Notes under the pieces: model-generated | The model's input: the letters and a program-made list of their open reading frames with translations, nothing else | Databases searched by the model: none | Told to the model about the DNA's origin: nothing | Program-made: the position numbers and the translations under genes | In this document: positions 1 through 10,365 of the stretch, piece by piece | Position numbering within the stretch: position 1 is the stretch's first letter | How the letters are laid out: each line of letters starts with the position of its first letter | DNA from: Moraxellaceae bacterium | GTDB taxonomy: Bacteria; Pseudomonadota; Gammaproteobacteria; Pseudomonadales; Moraxellaceae | DNA length: 41,762 nucleotides | Direction of reading: 5' to 3' | Assembly: GCA_036275595.1 (NCBI GenBank) | Contig: DASUDN010000017.1 | Location: 1 to 41,762, forward strand

Positions 1-1981
1 GCTTGGAGGTGTTGGTCTGGAAGATACCGCCCAGCACCACGGTCTGGCCATCGTCCACGCGCACATTGGTGGTGACGCGGTTGGTGTTGATGGCGCGGGT
101 ACCGTTGGCCTGCAGGTCGCCCGGGCTGTCGTTGTTGATCAGCAGGTCCATGTTGATGCGGCCGTCCGGGGTGATGCTCGGCGTGACTTCCAGGCTGAGC
201 TCGGCGTTCTGGAAGGCGATGGCCGTGGCGCCGCTGGAGGTGGCCTGCTGGTAGGGGATCTGCTGGCCGGAGGCGATCTTGGCCTTCTGCTTGTCGGAGG
301 TCAGGACCTTCGGCGTCGACACGATCTCGGCGTGGCCGTCCGACTGCAGGGCGGACAGCTCGAGGTCGAGCATGTCGAGGTTGCTGGTCACGATGCCGAT
401 GGCGAAGGAGGTCTGGTTGGCCTTGTCCACGCCCAGGTCCACCATCAGGTCATCCGGCGAGGTACGGGTACGGGTGGGCTGGGTGCCGTTGGCGGCCGCC
501 TTGTTCAGCTCGCCCTGCAGGTCCCAGCCGTCCTCCACGGTCTGGCGCGAGCCGCCGGACACGATGGCCTTGCTGCCGCTGTCCACCTGGTCGAAGCGGG
601 AGAAGCCCCACTTCACGCCCAGATCCTTGGCGAAGCCGGTGGTGGCGAGCACGATGCGGGCCTCGATCATCACCTGCTTGACCGGCACGTCCAGGCGCAG
701 GACCACGTCGCGGATGCTTTCGATGTTCTTGGCGGTGTCGACCACGATCAGCGTGTTGGTGCGCGGATCGACGGAAGCGCGGCCACGGTCGGAGAGCAGG
801 CGGTTAGCGCCGCTCACCAGGCTCATGATGTCCTGGGCCTTGGCGTAGTTGACCTGGATGAACTCGGAGCGCAGCGGGGACAGCTTCTCGGTCTGGTTGT
901 TGCTTTCCATCTCGAGGCGTTCGCGCTGGGCGATTTCATCGGCCGGCGCCACCAGCATCACGTTGCCGATGGTGCGCTTGTCCAGGCCCTTGGTCTTCAG
1001 GATCAGGTCGAGGGCCTGGTCCCAGGGCACGTTCTGCAGGCGCAGGGTGATCTTGCCGCCCACGGAATCGGAGGCGACCAGGTTCAGGGAGGTGAAGTCC
1101 GCGATCAGCTGCAGCACGGAGCGCACTTCGATGTCCTGGAAGTTCAGCGACAGCTTCTCGCCGGAGTAGGCGAAATCGGCCTTCTTGCGCTTCTCGTCCT
1201 TGCTCACCGGCTTGACGCTGATGGTCAGCTTGTTGTCGGTCTGGTAGGCCAGGTATTCGAACTCGCCCTCGGGCTGGATGGTCATCACGCCGTTGCCGGC
1301 TTCGCTGTAGCTGTCGATGGTCTTCACCGGGGTGGCGAAGTCGGAGACGTCGAGGCGGCGACGCAGGTTCTCGGGCATCTTGGCGCCCATGAAGCGGGCG
1401 ATGATGCGGCTGCCCTGCTGCTGCACGTCGATGGGCACGGCGCCGGACGAGAGCTCGACCAGGACCTGGCCGTCGCCCTGGTCGCCGCGGCGGAAGTCCA
1501 CGTTCTGCACGGCCTTGCCCTGGGGCGCGGCGGCCTTGGCGGGCTGCGCGGCCACGGACGCCACCGGGGCGGTGGCGCCGCCGGACTTGGCGACGACGTT
1601 CTTGCCGATGTTGATGACGAGCTGCTGGCCCTCGCTGCGCACGTTGTAGGCGGCGAGTTCAGCCAGGTTGACGATGAGGCGGGTGCGCTCCTGCGTGTCC
1701 ACCACCGTCAGGCTGCGCGCGTTGCCGCTGCCCAGGGGCTGGGACTTGGTCGCCAGCGCGCTGCGCGTGTCGGGCATGTCGAACACCAGGCGCGCCGGCT
1801 TGTCGATCTGGTAGGAGGCCGGCGTGGGCGGCTGGCCGTCGAAAGTCAGACGAAGCTCGATCTCGTCCCCCGGCAGCACCACAGAATCCACTTTCTGCAG
1901 CGCCAGCTTGTCCGCCGCGAAGGCCAGCTGCGCCAGGGCAACCAGGCCGACGAGGGAGACCTTTATCCAACGCATCAACAT
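1..1981 (-). CDS. pilQ: Type IV pilus secretin PilQ; the C-terminal end is cut by the window edge
   Basis: Absent from the ORF track because there is no stop in the window. Manual minus-strand translation from the ATG at 1981 gives MLMRWIKVSLVGLVALAQLAFA (signal peptide), then DKLALQKVDSVVLPGDEIELRLTFDG... (AMIN-like). A spot check at 980-1021 gives DQALDLILKTKGLD. The window edge reads VRVDDGQTVVLGGIFQTNTSK (secretin domain). It lies directly downstream of pilMNOP. An in-frame alternative ATG sits at 2020. Confidence 0.9.
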   Translation of the reverse strand, partial: MLMRWIKVSLVGLVALAQLAFAADKLALQKVDSVVLPGDEIELRLTFDGQPPTPASYQIDKPARLVFDMPDTRSALATKSQPLGSGNARSLTVVDTQERTRLIVNLAELAAYNVRSEGQQLVINIGKNVVAKSGGATAPVASVAAQPAKAAAPQGKAVQNVDFRRGDQGDGQVLVELSSGAVPIDVQQQGSRIIARFMGAKMPENLRRRLDVSDFATPVKTIDSYSEAGNGVMTIQPEGEFEYLAYQTDNKLTISVKPVSKDEKRKKADFAYSGEKLSLNFQDIEVRSVLQLIADFTSLNLVASDSVGGKITLRLQNVPWDQALDLILKTKGLDKRTIGNVMLVAPADEIAQRERLEMESNNQTEKLSPLRSEFIQVNYAKAQDIMSLVSGANRLLSDRGRASVDPRTNTLIVVDTAKNIESIRDVVLRLDVPVKQVMIEARIVLATTGFAKDLGVKWGFSRFDQVDSGSKAIVSGGSRQTVEDGWDLQGELNKAAANGTQPTRTRTSPDDLMVDLGVDKANQTSFAIGIVTSNLDMLDLELSALQSDGHAEIVSTPKVLTSDKQKAKIASGQQIPYQQATSSGATAIAFQNAELSLEVTPSITPDGRINMDLLINNDSPGDLQANGTRAINTNRVTTNVRVDDGQTVVLGGIFQTNTSK

Positions 1982-2047
1982 GTTGTTTTTCCCGATTGTA
2001 TTTTTGTTGATCGTATTCATGCTCGCATACCCCAGAATGTCGGCCGT

Positions 2048-2575
2048 TTATTCGCTCAGGGTCAGGCTGCGGGGGCGTTCCACCCACCCGTCTCGCCCGT
2101 CCGGTACGATTTCCACGATGGAGACCTGGGTCGGGGTAATGTCAACGATCTTCCCCTGGTTTTTGCCCAGATAGTTACCCACCCTCACGCGCTGCGAACT
2201 GCCGTTACCATCCTCGATGATCGCGAACAGCGGTCCTTCGGGTTTTTGCAGCGTGCCCTTGAAGCGCAGGGCTTCGAGGCTGAAGCGCTCGAGGTATTCC
2301 TGCGGGCGGTTCAGATCGGGTTCGACCGCCTTGCCCTTGTCGGAAACCTGCTGTTCCGCGGCCACGGGCGGCGCGAAGGGACTGCGGAGCTGGTGCGCCG
2401 CATAGGTGTAGGTCGGCATCGGCGTGAACTCGGGCGGCGGCTCCACGCGGCCGCGCGGCTTCTGCCGGATCGCCTGCATCTGCGATTCCACGTCGTCGAA
2501 GCTGGCCGAGCAGCCCGCCAGAACGGAGGCGGACAGCAGGGCGAGGGCCAGTGCCCTGGCGTTGCGAGGACTCAT
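2048..2575 (-). CDS. pilP: Type IV pilus assembly lipoprotein PilP
   Basis: 175 aa. The N-terminus MSPRNARALALALLSASVLAGC has a lipobox (LAGC). It sits between pilO and pilQ, and its start overlaps the pilO stop as ATGA. Confidence 0.85.
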   Translation of the reverse strand: MSPRNARALALALLSASVLAGCSASFDDVESQMQAIRQKPRGRVEPPPEFTPMPTYTYAAHQLRSPFAPPVAAEQQVSDKGKAVEPDLNRPQEYLERFSLEALRFKGTLQKPEGPLFAIIEDGNGSSQRVRVGNYLGKNQGKIVDITPTQVSIVEIVPDGRDGWVERPRSLTLSE

Positions 2576-3228
2576 TTCTTACCTCCCGCGGCCGCGTTCG
2601 CTTCAGCGTAGCGGTACGTCTTGGCCTGGATGGTCAGCACCAGAACCGGCGAGGAGCCGTCGCCCACCACATTGCCCTTGGGATTGATCGAGAAGTCATG
2701 CAGCGTGACGATGCGCGGCAAGGCCGCGATGCCACTCACGAAGGCGCCGAAGGCGTGGTAGTCGCCGTGCGCCTTGATGTTGATCGGCTGCTCCGCATAG
2801 AACTCCTTGCGCACCTCGGCCCCGAGGTCGATGGAGTCGAAGTCGACGCCGCTGCCGATGCCGGTGTGCGTGATGTCCTCGAGCAGGCCCGGGACCTCGG
2901 TGTCCTGCGGCAGCTGGCGCAGCAGGGCGCCGAAGGAGTCTTCCATGTCCTTGAGCTGGCGCTTGTAGACCTCGAGGTTCTGCGCCTTGAACACCTTCTG
3001 CTCGAACTCGCCGAGCAGGGTGGCCTGGGTCTGCTTGCCCGCGTCGAGGTTCTGGCGGATGCCGGACAGGTCGAGCATGTAGCCCACCACCAGCACCACC
3101 ACGAACACCAGCATGTAGATGAAGATCTTGACCGCGAGCGGCCAGGACCCGATGTTCTGCGGGTCCAGCGTGTTCAGGGTCTGGATGAATTCCTGGAGGT
3201 CGAAGCCCTTCTTGGTGGCGTCTTTCAT
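2572..3228 (-). CDS. pilO: Type IV pilus assembly protein PilO
   Basis: 218 aa with one N-terminal TM segment (WPLAVKIFIYMLVFVVVLVVGYML). Position is pilN-pilO-pilP, with overlapping stop/start on both sides. Confidence 0.85.
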   Translation of the reverse strand: MKDATKKGFDLQEFIQTLNTLDPQNIGSWPLAVKIFIYMLVFVVVLVVGYMLDLSGIRQNLDAGKQTQATLLGEFEQKVFKAQNLEVYKRQLKDMEDSFGALLRQLPQDTEVPGLLEDITHTGIGSGVDFDSIDLGAEVRKEFYAEQPINIKAHGDYHAFGAFVSGIAALPRIVTLHDFSINPKGNVVGDGSSPVLVLTIQAKTYRYAEANAAAGGKK

Positions 3229-3830
3229 TTCTTCTCAGCCCCCTGCTTGCCGTCGACGGCATTGATGTCCGGCTGCTCCAGGTCCACGGTCAGGGCGAAC
3301 TTGCTGCCGGCCGTCTTCTCCTCTTCGGTGCGGGCCGTGGGCGAGGCGGTGGCGGCCACGGTCGACAGCTGCGGGTTGCGGAACCAGGGCGAGGCCTCGA
3401 GGTTGCGCATCAGCGCCGACACCTGGTTCGCGCTCTCGGCGACGCCGGTGATCTTGAAGGAATCGTTGACGCGCTGCAGCGACACGAAGAACACGCCGTC
3501 CGGAATCACGCGCACGAACTCGTCGAAGATGCGCACGATGACGGGGCGGCGGCCCTGCAGGTCCTGGATGACCTTCATGCGCGAGAGCAGTTCCTCGCGG
3601 CGCTTCTGCAGCTCGTCGATCTCCTTGATCTGGCCGTCGAGCTTGCTGATCTCCGATTTGATGTAGGCGTTGCGCTCCTCCTGGTCGCTGACCTGCTTGG
3701 ACAGGGCCATGTGGCCCGCCAGCACGATCGCCACGGCCACGAAGACCACGCCCATCAGGATTGCGATGAACTCCTGCTGGCGCTGCTTGCGCAGCTCCTG
3801 GCGCCAGGGGAGCAGGTTGATCTTGGCCAT
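3225..3830 (-). CDS. pilN: Type IV pilus assembly protein PilN
   Basis: 201 aa. The canonical PilN N-terminus MAKINLLPWRQELRKQRQQEF is followed by a TM helix. The start lies 1 nt after the pilM stop. Confidence 0.9.
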   Translation of the reverse strand: MAKINLLPWRQELRKQRQQEFIAILMGVVFVAVAIVLAGHMALSKQVSDQEERNAYIKSEISKLDGQIKEIDELQKRREELLSRMKVIQDLQGRRPVIVRIFDEFVRVIPDGVFFVSLQRVNDSFKITGVAESANQVSALMRNLEASPWFRNPQLSTVAATASPTARTEEEKTAGSKFALTVDLEQPDINAVDGKQGAEKK

Positions 3831-3831
3831 G

Positions 3832-4917
<1,086 letters not shown>

Positions 4918-4959
4918 CTATGGAAAATGTGGACTTACGTCACATTTATGTACAACTAC

Positions 4960-4988
4960 ATTAAATACTAGTCTTATCACGAGCGCAA
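4960..4988 (-). promoter_or_regulatory. Candidate sigma-70 promoter for pilMNOPQ (-35 TTGCGC, 17-nt spacer, -10 TTTAAT, read on the minus strand)
   Basis: Plus-strand gcgcaa at 4983-4988 and attaaa at 4960-4965, inside the only AT-rich segment between pilM and mrcA. Motif match by eye only. Confidence 0.3.
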
Positions 4989-5019
4989 TTGCTGTACAAG
5001 ACCTGACTCCGCGTATAAT
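4989..5019 (+). promoter_or_regulatory. Candidate sigma-70 promoter for mrcA (-35 TTGCTG, 19-nt spacer, perfect -10 TATAAT)
   Basis: TATAAT at 5014-5019 and TTGCTG at 4989-4994. The spacer is longer than optimal. Its -35 sits back-to-back with the pilM candidate -35 around the palindrome GCAATTGC (4985-4992). Confidence 0.3.
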
Positions 5020-5072
5020 GGGCGCCCGCCGGGTTCTCCCCCGAATGGCCTAAGCCAAGTGACTGATTGTTA

Positions 5073-7499
5073 ATGAAAAATCTTAAAGCACCCGACCGCC
5101 GGGAGCGGCTGCTGGCCCTTGTGGCTTTTCCGATTTGTGGGGTATTACTCACTTTGGCCGGGCTCTACCTTTACCTGGCCCCGCAGCTGCCGGACGTAGA
5201 GACCCTGAAGGCCGTAAAATTCGAGACGCCGCTGCAGGTCCTGAGCCGGGATGGCCGCCTGGTGGCCGAGTTCGGCGAGAAGCACACCACCCCCCTGACC
5301 TACGAGCAGATCCCTCCTCGATTTATCAAGGCCATCCTGGCCGCCGAGGACGACCGCTTCTTCGAGCATGAAGGCATCAACGCCAAGGGCCTGGCCCGCG
5401 CCTTCGTGGACATCCTGCGCACCGGCTCCATCCAGTCCGGCGGCTCCACCATCACCATGCAGGTGGCCAAGAACTACTTCCTGAGCCAGGAGCGCACCTT
5501 CAGCCGCAAGTTCACCGAGATCCTGCTGGCCAAGCGCATCGAGGACACCCTGACCAAGCAGGAGATCCTCACCCTGTACGTGAACAAGATCTTCCTGGGC
5601 CATCGCGCCTACGGCATCGGGGCCGCGGCCCAGGTCTACTACGGCAAGAAGATCGCGGAGCTGACCCTGCCCGAGATGGCCATGATCGCCGGCCTGCCCA
5701 AGGCGCCGTCGGCCTTCAATCCGGTCAACAACCCCAGGCGGGCCCTGATCCGCCGCGACTGGATCCTCGGCCGCATGCTGAAGCTGGGCTTCATCAGCCA
5801 GGCGGACTACCAGCAGGCCGTGGCGGCCCCCGTGGCCCTGAACTTCCGCGCCACCTTCGCCGAGGTCAACGCCCCCTACCTGGCCGAAATGGTGCGCGAC
5901 GAGCTGGTGCAGCAGTTCGGCGAGGACATCTACACCTCGGGCTGGAAGGTCTACACGACCGTCAATTCCGCGCGCCAGAACGCCGCTGCCCAGGCCGTGA
6001 TCGAGGGCCTGATCGCCTACGACCGCCGCCATGGCTGGCGCCACCCGGAGCGCAACAAGCCGCTGGCCGAGCTGTATACGGTAGGCGGACTGGAGCCGGC
6101 GCGGGTCACGGCGGTGCAGGACCGGCAGATCGAGGCGGCGCTGAAGAACGGCCGCACCCTCGAGATCGCCTGGGACCAGATGAAGTGGGCCCGTCCCTAC
6201 GTGAACGTCAACCGCATCGGGCCGGAGCCGAAGAAGGCGGCCGACATCGTGCAGGCCGGCGACACCATCCGCGTGCGGCAGGGCCGCGACGGCCAGTGGG
6301 AACTGATGCAGGTGCCGGCGGTGCAGGGCCAGCTCATCGCCATCGACGCCGACAGCGGCGCCCTCGAGGGCATCGTCGGGGGCTTCGACTATACGCAGAG
6401 CAAGTTCAACCGTGCCCTGCAGGGCTGGCGCCAGGCAGGCTCGACCATGAAGCCGTTCCTCTACGCCGCGGCACTGGAGCGCGGCTACCTGCCCAACAGC
6501 CTCATCAACGACTCGCCGCTCAGCTTCGGCGAGGGCGACTCGCTCTGGCAGCCGAGCAACTCCGACGGCGAGTTCCTGGGCCCCATCACCCTGCGCCGCG
6601 CCCTCTACATGTCGCGCAACATGGTCTCCATCCGCCTGCTGCAGTCGGTGGGCGTGGATACCGCGCGCACCTATATCTCGCGCTTCGGCTTCGCGGGCGG
6701 CAAGCTGCCGCGCAACCTGACGCTGGCGCTGGGCACCGCCGAAGTGCTGCCGGTGCAGATGGCCTCCGCCTATGCCGCCCTGGCCAACGGCGGTTTCCAC
6801 GTCGCGCCCTGGTTCATCGACAAGGTCGTGGACAAGAGCGGCAAGGTGCTGTTCCAGGCCAATGCGCGCCGGGTCTGCCGGCCCTGCGAGGCGCCGCCGG
6901 CGGCCAGCGAGCCGGAGCCCGCGCCCGCCGAGATCACCGGCCAGGGCGGCGAGGTCGCCGTCACCGAGCCGCCGCCCCCGCCCCGGGCCTATGTGCCCGA
7001 TTATCCGGTGGCGCCGCGCATCATGAGCCCGCGCGCCGCGTACCAGATGCAGTCCATCCTGCACGACGTGATCGTGCGCGGCACCGGCCGCGCCGCGCTG
7101 TCCATCGGCCGCGCCGACCTCTCCGGCAAGACCGGCACCACCAACGACGCCAAGGACGCCTGGTTCGCCGGCTTCGGCGGCGGCATGGTGGCGGTGGCCT
7201 GGCTGGGCTTCGACCAGCCGCAGACCCTGGGCAAGGTGGAATACGGGGGCTACGCCGCGGTGCCGATCTGGAACGCCTTCATGGGCCCGGCCCTGCGCGG
7301 CACGCCCGAATACCGCCCGGCCACGCCGGCCGGCCTGACCGCGGTCCGCCTCAACCTCGACAGCGGCCTGCGCACCGGCGAAGACGACCCGCGCGGCTAC
7401 ACCGAGTGGGTGCAGACGGAAAAGCTGGGACAGATTCCCGAACCCGCGCCGGCGCCCGGCGAGGGCGCGCCGCAGGTGGCGCCCGAGGAACTGTTCTAG
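5073..7499 (+). CDS. mrcA: Penicillin-binding protein 1A (bifunctional transglycosylase/transpeptidase)
   Basis: Glycosyltransferase motifs are present (AILAAEDDRFFEHEGIN, GGSTITMQVAKN). The transpeptidase SxxK (GSTMKP) and KTGTTND are also present. It is divergent from pilM, as in Pseudomonas. The ATG at 5073 is preferred over the track's TTG at 5067. Confidence 0.93.
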   Translation: MKNLKAPDRRERLLALVAFPICGVLLTLAGLYLYLAPQLPDVETLKAVKFETPLQVLSRDGRLVAEFGEKHTTPLTYEQIPPRFIKAILAAEDDRFFEHEGINAKGLARAFVDILRTGSIQSGGSTITMQVAKNYFLSQERTFSRKFTEILLAKRIEDTLTKQEILTLYVNKIFLGHRAYGIGAAAQVYYGKKIAELTLPEMAMIAGLPKAPSAFNPVNNPRRALIRRDWILGRMLKLGFISQADYQQAVAAPVALNFRATFAEVNAPYLAEMVRDELVQQFGEDIYTSGWKVYTTVNSARQNAAAQAVIEGLIAYDRRHGWRHPERNKPLAELYTVGGLEPARVTAVQDRQIEAALKNGRTLEIAWDQMKWARPYVNVNRIGPEPKKAADIVQAGDTIRVRQGRDGQWELMQVPAVQGQLIAIDADSGALEGIVGGFDYTQSKFNRALQGWRQAGSTMKPFLYAAALERGYLPNSLINDSPLSFGEGDSLWQPSNSDGEFLGPITLRRALYMSRNMVSIRLLQSVGVDTARTYISRFGFAGGKLPRNLTLALGTAEVLPVQMASAYAALANGGFHVAPWFIDKVVDKSGKVLFQANARRVCRPCEAPPAASEPEPAPAEITGQGGEVAVTEPPPPPRAYVPDYPVAPRIMSPRAAYQMQSILHDVIVRGTGRAALSIGRADLSGKTGTTNDAKDAWFAGFGGGMVAVAWLGFDQPQTLGKVEYGGYAAVPIWNAFMGPALRGTPEYRPATPAGLTAVRLNLDSGLRTGEDDPRGYTEWVQTEKLGQIPEPAPAPGEGAPQVAPEELF

Positions 7500-7554
7500 G
7501 CCCCGCGCGGGCGCCGGGGCGGGAGACGCCCTGCCCGGCGCCGGACGGCGAGGC

Positions 7555-7586
7555 AAAAAAAAGCCCGGCATGCGCCGGGCTTTTTT
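7555..7586. terminator. Bidirectional intrinsic terminator between mrcA and rpmE
   Basis: AAAAAAAA-GCCCGGC-atgc-GCCGGGC-TTTTTT: a GC stem flanked by an A-run and a T-run at a convergent gene junction. Confidence 0.8.
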
Positions 7587-7610
7587 GTCGGGGTCGCGGC
7601 TCGCGAGGGC

Positions 7611-7829
7611 TCAGGCCTTCTTGAAGCTGCGGGCGCCGAAGCGCTGCTTGAACTTGTCGATGCGGCCGCCGGTGTCCACAACCTTCTGCGTGCCGGTGTA
7701 GAACGGGTGGCAGGCGCCGCAGACGTCCAGGTGGATGTCCTTGGCCAGCGTGGAGCGGGTCTTGATGGTGTTGCCGCAGGAGCAGGTCGCGGTGATTTCT
7801 TCGTACTTCGGATGAATATCGGCTTTCAT
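7611..7829 (-). CDS. rpmE: 50S ribosomal protein L31
   Basis: 72 aa. [27 protein letters not shown]...[13 protein letters not shown] is the zinc-ribbon type with CxC...CxxC. Confidence 0.95.
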   Translation of the reverse strand: MKADIHPKYEEITATCSCGNTIKTRSTLAKDIHLDVCGACHPFYTGTQKVVDTGGRIDKFKQRFGARSFKKA

Positions 7830-8088
7830 GGCGTTCTCCAGAGAATGGTAAAGGGCGGTCGCCCCCCTGCGTGATGCCGCACGCCGGCGGCAGGTAGCAG
7901 GAACGACCCGCGCACTCTCTTTTGACCCACCCCGACAGTCGCTTCGCCGGAGCCGGGCGCAACAAGGCCGCGAATCCTAGCAGAACGGGCCCGGCGGACC
8001 AAGCCCCGCCAGGCCCCGGCGCCCCGGCCGTTTGTCGCGCCCGCGTTTAGCCCCTACCCTAGCGCGACCGTTTCACCGCAGGCCCTCC

Positions 8089-10287
8089 ATGACCCGCCAC
8101 TACCTGCACCTGGCCCTGCCCTCGCCCCTGCGCCAGACCTTCGACTACATCCTGCCCGCGCGCATGGACCTGCCGCCGGAGGGGGCGCGCGTGCGGGTGC
8201 CCTTCGGTCGCCAGGAGCAGATCGGCATCTGCGTGGGCAGCGGCACCTCGACCACGGTGCCGGAGGACAAGCTGCGCGCGGCCACGGAGGCGCTGGACCG
8301 GGAGCCGGTGCTACCGCCTGCCCTGTACCGGCTCTGCCTGTGGGCCGCCGACTACTACCAGCACCCCCTCGGCGAGGTCTTCGACACGGCCCTGCCGGTC
8401 CTGCTGCGCCAGGGCGAGCCGCTGGCGGCGCCCGGGGAACTGCGCTGGCGGCTGACCCGCCTCGGCGAGCTGTACCCCCTGGACGGCAGCATCCGGCGCG
8501 CCCCCCGGCAGATCGAGGCGCTGCTCAAGCTGCGCGAACATCCCGACGGCCTGATCCCGCCGCTGCTGGCCAGCTTCGGCATCGAGCGTCCCACCCTGCT
8601 CGCCATGGAAAAGAAGGGCCTGGTGGAGTGCGTCAGCCTGGCGCCGCCGGACGCCGAGCAGCACGTCCGCGGCCTGCGCGAACCGCCGCTGCCGCTGAAC
8701 CCCGAGCAGGCGCAGGCCGTGGCCGCCATCACGGCGCAGGCCGGCCGCTTCCATCCCTTCCTGCTCTTCGGCATCACCGGCTCCGGCAAGACCGAGGTCT
8801 ACCTGCAAGCCATCGCCGCCGTGCTGGAACGCGGCGAGCAGGCGCTGGTGCTGGTGCCCGAGATCGGGCTGGCGCCGCAGACGGTGGCGCGCTTCCGCGC
8901 CCGCTTCCAGGCGGAGATCGCCGTGCTGCACTCCGGCCGCAACGAGCGCGAGCGCCTCGACGCCTGGCGCGCGGCGCGCAGCGGCCGCGCCGGCATCGTC
9001 ATCGGCACCCGCTCGGCGGTGTTCACCCCGCTGGCCCGACCCGGCCTCATCATCGTGGACGAGGAACACGACCTCTCGTTCAAGCAACAGGACGGTTTCC
9101 GCTACCACGCCCGCGACCTCGCCGTGCGCCGCGCCCAGCTCGAGAACGTGCCGGTGCTGCTGGGCTCGGCCACGCCCTGCCTGGAGTCCCTGCACAATGC
9201 CCGCCAGGGCCGCTACGAGCTGCTCAGCCTGACGGGGCGCGCCGCCGGCGCCACACTGCCGCAATTCCGCCTCATCGACCTGCGCCACCAGGCCATGAAG
9301 GAAGGGTTCTCCGACCCCCTCCTCGGCGCCATCCGCTCCACCCTGGCCCGGGGCGAGCAGGTGCTGGTCTTCCTCAACCGCCGCGGCTTCGCGCCCGTGC
9401 TGATGTGCCATGACTGCGGCTGGCAGGCGCTGTGCCGGCGTTGCGACGCGCGCCCCACCCTGCACCGCGACCCGGTGCGCCTGCACTGCCACCACTGCGG
9501 CAGCGAGTCGCGCCCGCCCGTGCACTGCCCGTCCTGCGGGTCCGCGGACCTGCGCCCGGTGGGCCTGGGCACGGAGCGCGCCGAGGACTTCCTGCGCCGC
9601 AGCTTCCCCAAGGTGCCGCTCTTCCGCGTCGACCGCGACAGCACCCGGCGCAAGGACGCCCTCACCCGGCTCTACCACGACATCCACGCCGCCGGGGCGG
9701 CGGTGCTGGTGGGCACGCAGATGCTGGCCAAGGGCCACCATTTCCCCAAGGTGACGCTGGTGGCGCTGCTGGACATCGACGGCGGCCTCTTCGGCGCCGA
9801 CTTCCGCTCCGCCGAGCACGTCGCCCAGCTCATCGTCCAGGTCGCCGGCCGCGCCGGCCGCGCGCAACGACAGGGCCTGGTGCTGCTGCAGACGCACCAG
9901 CCCGAGCACCCCCTGCTGCGCGAGCTCATCGCCAGCGGCTACGCTGCCTTCGCCGACCAGGTGCTGGAGGAACGTCGCCACCTCGACCTGCCGCCCTGCG
10001 GCTACCTCGCGCTGCTGCGGGCGGAGGCCACCGACGCCGGCCTGCCGCTGGCCTTCCTGCAGGCGGCGGCCGCCCTGGTGGCGCCGGGCGAGGTCGCGCT
10101 CTGGGGACCGGTGCCGGCGCCCATGGAGAAGCGCGCCGGCCGCTTCCGCGCCCACCTGCTGCTGCAGGGCACGCGCCGCGCCACCCTGCATGCCGTCGTC
10201 GCGGACCTGCTGCCGCGCCTGGAGGCCCTGCCCGAGTCCCGCAAGGTGCGCTGGTCGCTGGACGTCGATCCGCAGCAAATCACCTGA
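8089..10287 (+). CDS. priA: Primosomal replication-restart helicase PriA
   Basis: Walker A (GITGSGKTEVY), DEEH box (IIVDEEHD), and a Cys-rich zinc module (CHDCGW...CRRCD...CHHCG...CPSCG). The ATG at 8089 (MTRHYLHLALPSPLRQTFDY) is preferred over the track's TTG at 8032. Confidence 0.93.
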   Translation: MTRHYLHLALPSPLRQTFDYILPARMDLPPEGARVRVPFGRQEQIGICVGSGTSTTVPEDKLRAATEALDREPVLPPALYRLCLWAADYYQHPLGEVFDTALPVLLRQGEPLAAPGELRWRLTRLGELYPLDGSIRRAPRQIEALLKLREHPDGLIPPLLASFGIERPTLLAMEKKGLVECVSLAPPDAEQHVRGLREPPLPLNPEQAQAVAAITAQAGRFHPFLLFGITGSGKTEVYLQAIAAVLERGEQALVLVPEIGLAPQTVARFRARFQAEIAVLHSGRNERERLDAWRAARSGRAGIVIGTRSAVFTPLARPGLIIVDEEHDLSFKQQDGFRYHARDLAVRRAQLENVPVLLGSATPCLESLHNARQGRYELLSLTGRAAGATLPQFRLIDLRHQAMKEGFSDPLLGAIRSTLARGEQVLVFLNRRGFAPVLMCHDCGWQALCRRCDARPTLHRDPVRLHCHHCGSESRPPVHCPSCGSADLRPVGLGTERAEDFLRRSFPKVPLFRVDRDSTRRKDALTRLYHDIHAAGAAVLVGTQMLAKGHHFPKVTLVALLDIDGGLFGADFRSAEHVAQLIVQVAGRAGRAQRQGLVLLQTHQPEHPLLRELIASGYAAFADQVLEERRHLDLPPCGYLALLRAEATDAGLPLAFLQAAAALVAPGEVALWGPVPAPMEKRAGRFRAHLLLQGTRRATLHAVVADLLPRLEALPESRKVRWSLDVDPQQIT

Positions 10288-10303
10288 AAACCCCTTGCCG
10301 GGG

Positions 10304-10333
10304 TTAGGGTTTCGCGGCCGGCTTCGCTACAAT
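10304..10333 (+). promoter_or_regulatory. Candidate argS promoter (-10 TACAAT at 10328-10333; weak -35 TTAGGG)
   Basis: TACAAT is followed by the GC-rich discriminator CCGCCT, 32 nt upstream of the argS ATG. A short hairpin AACCCC-ttgcc-GGGGTT (10289-10305) after the priA stop overlaps it. Confidence 0.3.
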
Positions 10334-10365
10334 CCGCCTCCGCTTTCCCTGAACCCTTGCGCTCC

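Noticed and set aside
332-2611. Very long ORFs antisense to, or out of frame with, the called genes. Examples: 332-2611 (+), 5145-7571 (-), 8311-10278 (-), 10327-12915 (-), 12641-14842 (-), 17125-19320 (-), 20803-22068 (-), 26155-28170 (-), 28086-31793 (-), 32974-35088 (+).
   Set aside because: These are typical high-GC artefacts. Their translations are monotonous Arg/Ala/Gly/Pro/His-rich strings with no motifs. Each mirrors a gene on the other strand or frame that has clear family signatures, and several run straight through terminators and across convergent gene junctions.
7830-8088. The 259-nt rpmE/priA divergent spacer, examined for an sRNA, small gene or clear promoters.
   Set aside because: There is no convincing -35/-10 pair, hairpin-terminator or SD-preceded ORF. 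Only a weak TTGTCG-N17-TACCCT match precedes priA, which is not strong enough to report.
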